Shown piece after piece: positions 10,050 through 19,524 of a DNA stretch of 64,000 bases (positions are counted from its first letter, which is position 1; every line of letters starts with the position of its first letter). The notes beneath the pieces were generated by a model that saw only the letters and a program-made list of their open reading frames with translations, ran no database searches and had not been told where the DNA came from. The stretch comes from Gemmatimonadales bacterium (lineage in GTDB: Bacteria; Gemmatimonadota; Gemmatimonadetes; Gemmatimonadales; GWC2-71-9). The translations under genes were made by a program, and so were the position numbers. The stretch lies in contig JBBCJC010000005.1 in assembly GCA_037189525.1 (NCBI GenBank), positions 544,001 through 608,000 on the forward strand. The letters are read 5' to 3'.

Positions 10050-13000
10050 CTAGGACGAAGGACTCCGGGATCGTCGAGAGGCGGCCCGGACCGGTGCACG
10101 GCGACCGCCGGCATGGCCGAGGGCGGCGCGAAGTGCCGGGCCCAAACGTCGGCGCTGCAGGGCCTGAATGATCGGCGGCTGATCGTCTTCGGCCACGTCC
10201 GTCAACCAGCGGACCTCGCCGGCTTCGAATGCTGCGACGGCAACACCGTCGACGAACGCGATCCGATTGCCGGACAGTGCCGCCACCCGGCGCCCGGGAA
10301 CCAGCACACCGACCAGATTGAGCGGGTCGACCCCCGAGACGACGATCGGCTGGCCCGAACGCTCGGCGCGACGCACCGCCCGAAGCCGGGCGACCGCATC
10401 GGGTAGCGCAAACTGTTCACCGGTTGGCCCGGCGACGAACCGCCCGCCGCGAATCTCACCGCGCGCCTCCAGCCGCCGGAACACCTGTACCAGTTCACGC
10501 CAGCTGACCGGAATGGTTTCGTGGTCGAGCAAACGGTGGAACACCACGCCATACCGGGCCAGCAGCGCGCGACAATACCGCTCGATCAGCGCAACCCGTT
10601 CCAAACCATCCGGCAACCCGGTCGTGATGAGCCGCGACCAGCGCCCCGCGCTCGAGGCACGCGCAATGGGCGGCCGCTTCGACGATGTGATCAATAATGC
10701 GCGGAGGCCCGCGTAGCTGTCCGACGAGACCATGCCCGCTGCCACCAGCCCCGCCAAGCCCAGTTCCGCCTGGGTCGGGAGCAGCCCCGCAGCTGCCGCA
10801 AGCTCCGGAAGGAACGAGGCGCCCTTGGCTTCGAGCGCGGCCAGCACGCCACCTGCGTAGCCCGTCGGAGCCGCTCGCGTCACCGCCTCACGCGCCAGCC
10901 AGAGGTCGCTCTGTTCCCGCGGGAAGAGCCCGATCGGCGTGCTCCTGACCGGACGGGTCGGAGCCGGGCTATCGCTCGCGGCCGGCGGCGACAATCGCCC
11001 CCAGCCCACCCGGCCCGTCAGGCAGAGCATGTCGAGTTGCGAAGGATCGTATTCGACGCAACGGACGGCGAGGAGATCGGTTTCCCATGCCGCCGCCGCA
11101 GCCTCATATCCCTGTAGCTGATCGATGACGGTCGCCAGGCCCTCCAGGCCCTGAACGCGTTCGCCGCTCTCCACCCGCTGCCAGACGAAGAGGAACCGCA
11201 TCAGGTCGGCAGCCGTGACCGGTTCGATCTCGGCCCGCAGCCTGGTCAGCGTGTAGCGATGGATCCGCGCCAGCAAGCGGCGGTTACACCACTCCAGTTC
11301 GCCTCGGTCCGGAGTAAAGTAGCCGCGCAGTACCACCCCCTCGGCTTCGAGCGCGGCAAGCGCCGACTCGACCCCTCCCTGCTCCACGCCGAGAAGTCCG
11401 GCAACCTCGGCGGCGGTCGTAGGCCCTGACACCTCCAGGCGACCGCGGACGAGCTCTCGCAGGGTCGCCTCATCGTCGAGCGAAAACTCCCGCTGGAGCA
11501 TCTCGCCCGACACCCACAGGCCGTCCCGCCGTCCGGCGCGTCCATCGGCGAGCAACTCCTCGAAGAACGGCGTCCACGACACGCCGTCCCGTCCGGCGTT
11601 GCCCTCGGCCTCGGTCAGAAATCCCGACACCGTCAGGGCGTCGAGCAGTTCATCGGCGTCGGCAACGTCGGGCCAGACCTCCTCCCGCACCCGCTCGATC
11701 GCCGCGAGGTCGAGCGCACCAAGGTCTGCCGCCGAGGTGGGCTCGGACGCCCGTCGGGAGTATACGGCCTGGGTCCGTCGCTCTTCGAGGGGCGCATCGT
11801 CCAGAAACGCGTAGGGTTTGGCGTTGAGAATCTCCGCGGCAAGCGGCGACGGCTCGGGCAGGTCGCGGGCGACCAGGCGGATCTCACCCGCCTCGATCCG
11901 TTCGACGACGGCCAGGAAACGATCGAAGTCCATCGCCTCGTGGAGGCAATCGGTAACGACCTGTTCGACCAGCGGATGATCGGGCACTTCCCGGTCGCCC
12001 GGGATGTTCTCGAGGCAGGCCGCCGCATCCGGGAAGGCTGCGGCCAGCAGGTCGTCCGACTCCATCCGCTGAATCTGCGGCGGGACCTTTCGGCCGCTCC
12101 GAAAGCGGCTCACCGCGAGCGAGATACTGGCATTCCAGCGCCATCGGGTCGCAAACACCGGCGCGTCGAGCATCGCCTGGATCAGGGTGTCGCGCGCGGT
12201 GGCGGACGACACCATCCGGAAGACCGAGTCGAGCGGGAACGAATGCTGCGGACCGAGCGAGAGCAACACCGCGTCGTCGGTCGCCGCGGCCTGCAACTCG
12301 AAGTTGAACTGCCGGCAGAACTTCTTCCGGAGCGCCAGGCCCCACGCTTTGTTGACCCGGCTGCCGAAGGGCGCGTGCAGGATCAGCTGCATCCCGCCGG
12401 CTTCGTCGAAGAACCGTTCGGCGACCACGGTGTCCTGCGTCGGCAACGCACCCAGCAGGCGTTCGGCCTCCGCGAGATAGTCGACCACCTGCGTGGCTGC
12501 CGCAGGCGACACTCCTTCGGACACCAGCCACGCCAATGCGGCCGCGCGGTCCGGCAGCAACGCGGCGAGCCGCGCCCGCAGCTGGGCGACCTCGCGAGAC
12601 AGCTCGGCGCTCCGGGCCGGCGCTTCGCCGAGCCAGAACGGGATGTTGGGCGGCTGGCCCCTGGCATCCTCGACCCGCACGGTGCCGCGCTCCAAACGGA
12701 GGATTCGCCAGGAGGCGTTGCCCAACTGGAAGACATCCCCGCCACTACTCTCGACCGCGAAATCTTCGTTGACCGTGCCGACGAATACGCCCTCGGGCTC
12801 GGCCACGACCCGATAGTCGGCCGTATCGGGAATCGCACCACCCGACGTGACCGCAGCCAGACGCGCACCCCGACGTCCGCGAATCCGGCCGTTGACCGGA
12901 TCGAAGTGGACCAGCGCACCTCGGCGGCCTCGGCGCGTCACGAAACCGACAGCGAGCATCCGTACCACGGCGTCGAAGCTGGCCCGGTCGAGCTCACGAT

Positions 13001-14306
13001 ACGGATGCGCCCGCCGAAAAACCTGATGGAGCGCGTCGGCGTCCCACGGCTCCGCTGCGGTTTCGGCTACGATCTGCTGTGACAGAACGTCGAGCGGACG
13101 ATCGACCTGGACGATCCGATCCAACTCGCCGCGCTGGGTCGCGAGCAGGAGCGCGGTGCATTCGACCAGTTCATCGCGCGAAAGCGGGAAGACGCGCCCC
13201 TTGGGCAAACCGCCGACCGAATGTCCCGATCGGCCGACCCGCTGCAGCAAGGTTGCAATCCGGCGTGGGGTGCCCAGCTGACAAACCAGATCGACATGCC
13301 CGATGTCGATACCCAACTCGAGCGACGCAGTCGCGACGAGGACCCGAAGCGCGCCGTTCTTGAGACGCTCCTCCGCGTCGAGCCGCAGTTCCTTCGAGAG
13401 ACTGCCGTGATGCGCGGCTACCGCGGTCTCGCCGAGCCGCTCTGCCAGATGCCGGGAGACCCGTTCCGCCAGGCGCCGCGTATTGGTGAAGACCAGGGTG
13501 GTCCGATGCTCACGCACCAGTTCCGCCAGCCGGTCGTAAGTCTCCGCCCACACCTCGTGGGACATCACGGCTTCGAGCGGCGAGCCGGGCACCTCGAGCG
13601 TCAGGTCGACTTCCCGGCGGTGGCCCTCGTCGATCACCTCGGCGGAGCGTCCATCGCCGGACAGCCAGGCCGCGACCGTTTCGATCGGCCGCTGGGTGGC
13701 CGACAATCCGACTCGCTGCAACCGCCGGCCGGCCACATGATCGAGGCGCTCCAGCGACAACGCCAGGTGCGCACCGCGGCGGCTCTCGATCAGGGCGTGA
13801 ATTTCGTCGACGATGACGGTTCGCGCCGTCCGCAGGATCTTGCGCCCCTGCTCCGCAGTCAGGAGCAGATAGAGCGACTCGGGCGTGGTGACCAGAATAT
13901 GGGGTGGCTTCCGCAACATCGCGGCGCGTTCGGCAGGCGTCGTGTCGCCCGAACGAACTGCAGCCGTGACGTCAGGGGTGCCGAGCCCGGCCTCCTGGGC
14001 CAGTCGGCTGATTTCCCGGCGGGGCTCCGCCAGGTTCTTGTGGATGTCGGCGCCCAGAGCCTTGAGGGGCGAGACATAGATGACACGGACCTCGTCGGGC
14101 AGGCCCGTATCGAGCGACTCGCGCACCAGCTCATCCAACGCAATCAGAAATGCCGCCAGTGTCTTACCGGAACCGGTCGGCGCGGCGATCAGCGTATCGC
14201 GCCCCGAACGGATCGATTCCCAGCCACGGCGCTGCACCGCGGTCGGCGTTCCCAGATGGTCTTCGAACCATCGCGCAACGGTGGGATGAAAGGCGGCCAA
14301 TGACAC
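10050..14306 (-). CDS. lhr: Lhr-family ATP-dependent SF2 helicase with long C-terminal extension
   Basis: APTGSGKT, DEIH, LSAT, SLELGID, QRVGRSGH; C-terminal GEIRGGRFV...GEQFA region; GTG start inferred. Confidence 0.9.
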   Translation of the reverse strand: MSLAAFHPTVARWFEDHLGTPTAVQRRGWESIRSGRDTLIAAPTGSGKTLAAFLIALDELVRESLDTGLPDEVRVIYVSPLKALGADIHKNLAEPRREISRLAQEAGLGTPDVTAAVRSGDTTPAERAAMLRKPPHILVTTPESLYLLLTAEQGRKILRTARTVIVDEIHALIESRRGAHLALSLERLDHVAGRRLQRVGLSATQRPIETVAAWLSGDGRSAEVIDEGHRREVDLTLEVPGSPLEAVMSHEVWAETYDRLAELVREHRTTLVFTNTRRLAERVSRHLAERLGETAVAAHHGSLSKELRLDAEERLKNGALRVLVATASLELGIDIGHVDLVCQLGTPRRIATLLQRVGRSGHSVGGLPKGRVFPLSRDELVECTALLLATQRGELDRIVQVDRPLDVLSQQIVAETAAEPWDADALHQVFRRAHPYRELDRASFDAVVRMLAVGFVTRRGRRGALVHFDPVNGRIRGRRGARLAAVTSGGAIPDTADYRVVAEPEGVFVGTVNEDFAVESSGGDVFQLGNASWRILRLERGTVRVEDARGQPPNIPFWLGEAPARSAELSREVAQLRARLAALLPDRAAALAWLVSEGVSPAAATQVVDYLAEAERLLGALPTQDTVVAERFFDEAGGMQLILHAPFGSRVNKAWGLALRKKFCRQFNFELQAAATDDAVLLSLGPQHSFPLDSVFRMVSSATARDTLIQAMLDAPVFATRWRWNASISLAVSRFRSGRKVPPQIQRMESDDLLAAAFPDAAACLENIPGDREVPDHPLVEQVVTDCLHEAMDFDRFLAVVERIEAGEIRLVARDLPEPSPLAAEILNAKPYAFLDDAPLEERRTQAVYSRRASEPTSAADLGALDLAAIERVREEVWPDVADADELLDALTVSGFLTEAEGNAGRDGVSWTPFFEELLADGRAGRRDGLWVSGEMLQREFSLDDEATLRELVRGRLEVSGPTTAAEVAGLLGVEQGGVESALAALEAEGVVLRGYFTPDRGELEWCNRRLLARIHRYTLTRLRAEIEPVTAADLMRFLFVWQRVESGERVQGLEGLATVIDQLQGYEAAAAAWETDLLAVRCVEYDPSQLDMLCLTGRVGWGRLSPPAASDSPAPTRPVRSTPIGLFPREQSDLWLAREAVTRAAPTGYAGGVLAALEAKGASFLPELAAAAGLLPTQAELGLAGLVAAGMVSSDSYAGLRALLITSSKRPPIARASSAGRWSRLITTGLPDGLERVALIERYCRALLARYGVVFHRLLDHETIPVSWRELVQVFRRLEARGEIRGGRFVAGPTGEQFALPDAVARLRAVRRAERSGQPIVVSGVDPLNLVGVLVPGRRVAALSGNRIAFVDGVAVAAFEAGEVRWLTDVAEDDQPPIIQALQRRRLGPALRAALGHAGGRRAPVRAASRRSRSPSS

Positions 14307-14414
14307 GAATGGAATATAGTCCGCGCGAGGCAATCGCGGTTTCCATGTGGGCATGAGCGAGTGGCAGACGTCAGAAATTATATCAGCGCATTCCACTTCG
14401 ACCCGGAGGAACCC

Positions 14415-14648
14415 ATGGCCCAGCAGCGACGATCGACCCGGAAGTCGAGTACCAGCCGCTACGGCCCGGCTGCCAGCAAATCCGTCGAGAGCGCCATGCG
14501 GCGCCGCAAACGCGGCACCTTGCGCAGTGGGCCGGGAGGCAAAGGCGGAAAAGTGCGGAGCCGCAAACAAGCCATCGCCATCGGCCTGTCGGAGGCTCGA
14601 AAGAAAGGCGCCAAAGTCCCCAAACGCCGGAGCACCAAGCGAAGCTAG
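14415..14648 (+). CDS. Small basic protein, DUF6496-like
   Basis: GGAGG RBS; GTLRSG...KVRSRKQAIAIGLSEARKKGAKVP signature. Confidence 0.8.
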   Translation: MAQQRRSTRKSSTSRYGPAASKSVESAMRRRKRGTLRSGPGGKGGKVRSRKQAIAIGLSEARKKGAKVPKRRSTKRS

Positions 14649-14691
14649 CCATCCTTATCAGCCGGCCTGACGAGGGCCAAGGAGAAGACCG

Positions 14692-15498
14692 ATGTCGTAC
14701 ACGCTCGTCACAGGCGCTTCCAGCGGGATCGGAGAAGCGCTCCTTCACGAATTCGCCAGCCATGGCCACAATGTCATCGCGGTGTCGAACGATCAGGCCG
14801 AACTGGAGCGCACCGTGGAGCGGCATCGACCGATGCATCCCGGAGTCCACATCGTCCCGATGACCGCCGATCTCCGGTCGGAAACTGCGCCGAGCGAGTT
14901 ACACGCCGCCATCAAGGCGCGCAACATGACCGTCGATATCCTCGTCAACGACGCAGGAGAAGGTCAGCTCGGCCCCTTTGCCCAGGTACCGATCGAGCGG
15001 GATATCGAATTGATCCGGCTCAACGTGGAGGCGATGACCCGACTCACGAAACTGTTTCTGGTCGACATGCTGGCACGTGGACAGGGCAAGATCATGAATG
15101 TCGGCTCGGTTGCCGGTTTCCAACCGGGGCCGACGCTGGCCGTCTATCACGCCACCAAGGCGTATGTCGTCTCACTCTCCGAGGCGCTGGCGGAGGAGTT
15201 GAAGGACACGCCGATCACGGTGACCTGTCTTTGCCCCGGCCCGACCGACACCGATTTCTTCGAGACGGCCGACATGGAAGACACCCGGGTTTATCGGAAC
15301 AAGGACAAGACGATGATGGACCCGGCCGACGTGGCCAAAGCCGGCTACGACGCCCTGATGCGCGGCGACCGGGTGGTGATTCCCGGCGCGATGAACAAAA
15401 TCATGACGTTCACTCGGCGGGTCATGCCTGGCGCGCTCCAGGCCAAGATGCAGAAGCGCTACTACGAGACCTCGGCGGAGGCGGAGGTGAACGCATGA
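14692..15498 (+). CDS. Short-chain dehydrogenase/reductase
   Basis: TGASSGIG, VNDAG, YHATK catalytic motif. Confidence 0.92.
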   Translation: MSYTLVTGASSGIGEALLHEFASHGHNVIAVSNDQAELERTVERHRPMHPGVHIVPMTADLRSETAPSELHAAIKARNMTVDILVNDAGEGQLGPFAQVPIERDIELIRLNVEAMTRLTKLFLVDMLARGQGKIMNVGSVAGFQPGPTLAVYHATKAYVVSLSEALAEELKDTPITVTCLCPGPTDTDFFETADMEDTRVYRNKDKTMMDPADVAKAGYDALMRGDRVVIPGAMNKIMTFTRRVMPGALQAKMQKRYYETSAEAEVNA

Positions 15499-15743
15499 TC
15501 ACGCCGTTGACCGTCCGCCTGGTCTGTCCGCATTGCAGCCTGGGGTTCACCACCCTCGTTGCCGTTCTGCAGAGCAAACGGCACTCGACCTGCCCCGCAT
15601 GTGCCGCCGGGATCGACACCCGGCCTCTGGTGGCCGAACTGGCCCTGGCGGATCGGCGCCTCCAGCCGGCACCGACACCGCGACCGCGCAGCACCCGGCG
15701 CGTCCAGCCCGCGCCCGGCAAAGTCTCTCTCAGCACCTGGTAG
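15495..15743 (+). CDS. Small putative zinc-ribbon protein (82 aa)
   Basis: CPHC...CPAC pairs; ATGA overlap with SDR stop, GGAGG upstream. Confidence 0.55.
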   Translation: MITPLTVRLVCPHCSLGFTTLVAVLQSKRHSTCPACAAGIDTRPLVAELALADRRLQPAPTPRPRSTRRVQPAPGKVSLSTW

Positions 15744-15854
15744 CCCGACGGGCATCGAACGAGGTGGGGTGCTATTCACCCCACCATCATTCGATTGTCA
15801 CGGATCGACCACGCCGGTCGAATCAAGCACGACATAGCGGGACCGGCGGTCTCG

Positions 15855-17759
15855 TCACTTCATCACCGGGAGCCGGATACCGGACGGGTATTCGGGGCCG
15901 CGATGCAGCGTCACCGTCGGACGACCGGTGACCGGCGGCCGCTCGGTGTTGTCGGCATCGGCGCCCATGATGGTGACCCGCAGCCGATGGCCCGCATTGA
16001 AAACCGTAGCTGTCGGATGCAGCGCGATCTGCAGCGTCGCCACCTGGTTCGGCACTAGCGGTTTCCGATCTGCCTTGTTGGCGCGATGCCAGGGCAGCCC
16101 CAGGAAGTTGTAAGGCGGTGTGGTGGTGTCGCGATAGGAGGCTCGCAGGATTCCTTCGGTGACGTAGCGGGAATACCCGGCACTGTCGACCTCGGTGAGC
16201 ACGGCGTAGAAGTCGCCGTCGGTCTGGTTGGAACTGACATGGAGCGTCACCACCGGATGCCCAACGATGGTCAGATCCGCAGCCAACGGCTCGGTCGTGT
16301 AGGTCAGCGCCTTGGCCTCGTTAGGCGCCAGGTCCGGATAGCGCATCGGCCCCTGCCCGACCGCGTTGTCCCAGCGGCTCGCAGTGCCGGTGGTGGTGGT
16401 CAGGTCGACCAGATATCTGTCGCTCCCGGCGGCCGAGGGCGCGGTGCCGAGCACACCGTCGTTGACCGACTCGATGCTACCGGAGCTACCCGCCCCGAAG
16501 AAATAATCGACGTTGCTGACCCCCTTGGCCGGCCATTCGTCAGCCGAACGCCACTCCCATTTGCCCGGATCGATCATCAGGGCGTAGTTGATCCGCGCAC
16601 CGGAATCGACGCCGTTCCGGATACCCTTGAGCCAGCGATCGAACCAGCGATGCTGCTCTGCCCCATAGACCCGGACGAATTCGACGTTGACGATGCTGTC
16701 GTGCGCCGCATGGGCCCAACCGCCCATACCGACTCGCTGCGGTCCCTTGTAGTTGGCAAACCAGAGCATCTCGTCGGTGGCAAAGATGTCGTACCAGCCT
16801 CCGAAATGGTACGCAGGTACCGAGGCCCGATTGATCGCGTCCAAGACACCGGCCGGGTCGTGGCGCGACCAGGCGAAGTCGGGCGTGTCGTAATCGCGGT
16901 TGACAGCCCGGCGATACTGCTCCACCACGTCCCAGTTCTTCTCGTGCATGGCAAGCGCTTCGCCGCGCAGCGCGCCGCTGGTGTCGGCATCGACCGGCGG
17001 CTCGGGAAAGACCTTGTCGAGGCTGTGCGTCAGGATGCCCCAGTGCTGCATCGTGTTCTCGCGATAGATGCCGCCCTCGTACACCAGGTTGTACATGTCG
17101 AACGCCGCCACGTTCGGGAAGATCGCTTTGAGGGCGGGATGCGCGGTGCTCGCGGCCATGTACTGCGTGATGCCCAGATAGGATCCCCCGAACATGCCGA
17201 GGTTGCCGTCGCTCCAGGGCTGCTTGACCATCCAGTCCATCACATCGTAGGCATCGCGCGTCTCGGTCGGCGAGAACAGTCCCTCGTAGCGGCCGAACGA
17301 CGCCCCGCCACCGCGGACCTGAACCGCCACGATCACGTAGCCGTGCCTGATCAGGCGTTGCAGCGTCGGATTGACATCCACCATCGATGGCGCGTTGCGG
17401 CGCGCCAGCGCTTCCTCGGTGGCGCGCGCGGCCGACCCGAGATTGCGAACGTCCCGGCTGGCGAGAAGTGCCGCCGCGTCGGGCGTGCCGCGATGGTAGC
17501 GTGAATGCGTCCACACCACCGGAAACTTCCCGTCGGCCGGCAGGCCGTTGACCGAGGGGCGAATCACGTCGACGGCCAGACGCGTCCCGTCGCGCACGGT
17601 AACGTACTCGGAAGTCCGGACCCATTCGGTGAACCGGGGCTCGTCGTACCCTTCGTACTGCCCGAAGCTGGAAATCCGGCTGCTGTCCTGATCGGCGCTC
17701 CGGGGGGCACAGGCGGCCAGCATCAGCACCGCCGCGGCGGCAAGACTGCGCTGTAGCAT
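15855..17759 (-). CDS. CocE/NonD family hydrolase (lipoprotein)
   Basis: LAAC lipobox; RDGTRLAVD, GGSYLG, PepX_C-like C-terminus. Confidence 0.9.
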   Translation of the reverse strand: MLQRSLAAAAVLMLAACAPRSADQDSSRISSFGQYEGYDEPRFTEWVRTSEYVTVRDGTRLAVDVIRPSVNGLPADGKFPVVWTHSRYHRGTPDAAALLASRDVRNLGSAARATEEALARRNAPSMVDVNPTLQRLIRHGYVIVAVQVRGGGASFGRYEGLFSPTETRDAYDVMDWMVKQPWSDGNLGMFGGSYLGITQYMAASTAHPALKAIFPNVAAFDMYNLVYEGGIYRENTMQHWGILTHSLDKVFPEPPVDADTSGALRGEALAMHEKNWDVVEQYRRAVNRDYDTPDFAWSRHDPAGVLDAINRASVPAYHFGGWYDIFATDEMLWFANYKGPQRVGMGGWAHAAHDSIVNVEFVRVYGAEQHRWFDRWLKGIRNGVDSGARINYALMIDPGKWEWRSADEWPAKGVSNVDYFFGAGSSGSIESVNDGVLGTAPSAAGSDRYLVDLTTTTGTASRWDNAVGQGPMRYPDLAPNEAKALTYTTEPLAADLTIVGHPVVTLHVSSNQTDGDFYAVLTEVDSAGYSRYVTEGILRASYRDTTTPPYNFLGLPWHRANKADRKPLVPNQVATLQIALHPTATVFNAGHRLRVTIMGADADNTERPPVTGRPTVTLHRGPEYPSGIRLPVMK

Positions 17760-17840
17760 CGAGTTCTCGGCTGGGAGGTGAGACCAAGGATTCTACGGCT
17801 GCATCCAGACAACGCAAGGACCGCCGCTTAGATTGCGACT

Positions 17841-19502
17841 ATGACTCGCTCTCTCATCGCCGTCTCGCTGCTGCTGGCCACCCCCGCGGCCGCCCAGCCC
17901 CGCGCCGCCGTCTATGCGCCTAACGGCGTCGTCGCCACCGCCCAGCCGCTGGCCAGTCAGGCCGGGCTCCGGGTCCTGCAGAACGGCGGCAACGCGGTCG
18001 ACGCCGCCGTCACCGCCGCCGTGATGCTCGGCCTGGTCGAGCCGATGATGAGCGGGATCGGCGGCGATCTCTTCGTGATCATGTGGTCGGCCAAGGAAAA
18101 GCGGCTGATCGGTCTCAACTCGAGCGGTCGGGCCGGCGCCCTGATGACGCTCGAGGAACTCAAGCGCCGTGGGCGCACCCGGATGCAAACCGCCGGCGCG
18201 GAAACGGTCACGGTGCCCGGCGCGCTGGCCGGATGGCAGGCGCTGCTCTCGCGCTACGGTACCATTTCACTGTCCGACGCCCTCGCGCCCACTATCACGC
18301 TGGCCGAGAAGGGCTTTCCGGTCAGCCCGATGATTGCCGCCGAGTGGGAGGTGTTCGCCGAGACGATCCGGCGCGACCCCGGGGCCCGGCAGGCCCTTCT
18401 GATCGACGGCGCGCGTCCACCCAAAGTCGGCGAGTGGTTTACCAATCCCGATCTGGCCAGGACGTTACGCACGGTCGCAACCCAGGGTCCTGGGGTGTTC
18501 TACGGCGGCACACTCGGGCGCCAGGTGGCGGACCACGTCCGGTCACTCGACGGGTTCCTGACGGTCGAAGACTTTGCCCGTCACGAGGTCGAATGGGTCA
18601 ATCCGGTCGGCGTGCCGTTCAAGGGGTATCGTCTCTGGGAACTGCCGCCTAACGGTCAAGGCATTGCCGCGCTCGAGATGCTGCGGATCCTGGAACCATT
18701 CGACTTGGCCGCGATGGGCCACAACTCGGCGCCGTATCTCCATCATCTGATCGAAGCCAAGAAGCTCGCCTACGCCGACCTCGACCGCTACGTGGGCGAC
18801 CCGCGTCACATGAAGGTCAAGCCTGAGCAGTTGCTGACCGACCGGTTCATCGCGGCCCGGCGCGCGCTGCTCGACCCGAACCGCGCCTCCGACGATCCGG
18901 CGCCCGGCAACGTTCCGGGCAGCGGCAACACGACCTACCTTACGGCCGCGGACGCCGAGGGGAACATGGTGTCGCTGATCACCAGCGTGGCAAGCGGGTT
19001 CGGGTCGGGCGTGGTGGTGCCGGGCACCGGCTTCCCGTTGCAGAACCGTGGGGTCGGCTTCAGCCTCGAGCCGGATCAGCCCAACACGGTGGCGCCGGGG
19101 CGGCGACCGCGTCACACCATCATCCCGGGCTTCGTCACCAAAATCGGCGCCGATGGCACCGACGAGCCGTGGATGAGTTACGGCGTGGTCGGCGGTGCGC
19201 AGCAGCCCCAGGCCCACATCCAGATCCTGCTCAACATCCTGCTCTTCGGGATGGACGTGCAGGCTGCGCTCGATGCGCCCCGCTTCAATCACGTCCGCGG
19301 CAAGTCGGTGGCGCTGGAGTCGGCCATTCATCCCGACGTGATTGCCCGGCTCCAAGCGATGGGTCACGAACGCTTCGATACCAAAACCGTTTTCAACGGC
19401 CTGCCGGTCTTCTTCGGCGGCGCGCAGGCCATCATGCGGGGCAAGCGAGGCTACATAGGCGCGACCGAACCGAGACGGGATGGCGTGGCAGCGGGCTACT
19501 AG
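17841..19502 (+). CDS. ggt: Gamma-glutamyltransferase family protein
   Basis: GGNAVDAAV, SGIGGD, ELPPNGQG, nucleophile Thr in GNTTYL, RPRHTIIPG. Confidence 0.92.
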   Translation: MTRSLIAVSLLLATPAAAQPRAAVYAPNGVVATAQPLASQAGLRVLQNGGNAVDAAVTAAVMLGLVEPMMSGIGGDLFVIMWSAKEKRLIGLNSSGRAGALMTLEELKRRGRTRMQTAGAETVTVPGALAGWQALLSRYGTISLSDALAPTITLAEKGFPVSPMIAAEWEVFAETIRRDPGARQALLIDGARPPKVGEWFTNPDLARTLRTVATQGPGVFYGGTLGRQVADHVRSLDGFLTVEDFARHEVEWVNPVGVPFKGYRLWELPPNGQGIAALEMLRILEPFDLAAMGHNSAPYLHHLIEAKKLAYADLDRYVGDPRHMKVKPEQLLTDRFIAARRALLDPNRASDDPAPGNVPGSGNTTYLTAADAEGNMVSLITSVASGFGSGVVVPGTGFPLQNRGVGFSLEPDQPNTVAPGRRPRHTIIPGFVTKIGADGTDEPWMSYGVVGGAQQPQAHIQILLNILLFGMDVQAALDAPRFNHVRGKSVALESAIHPDVIARLQAMGHERFDTKTVFNGLPVFFGGAQAIMRGKRGYIGATEPRRDGVAAGY

Positions 19503-19524
19503 CGCCGGGCGATCGGCGCGGGCG

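Noticed and set aside
14307..14570. N-terminal extension of Lhr in the ORF track
   Set aside because: Overlaps the divergent DUF6496-like gene; Lhr similarity begins at FHPTVARWF
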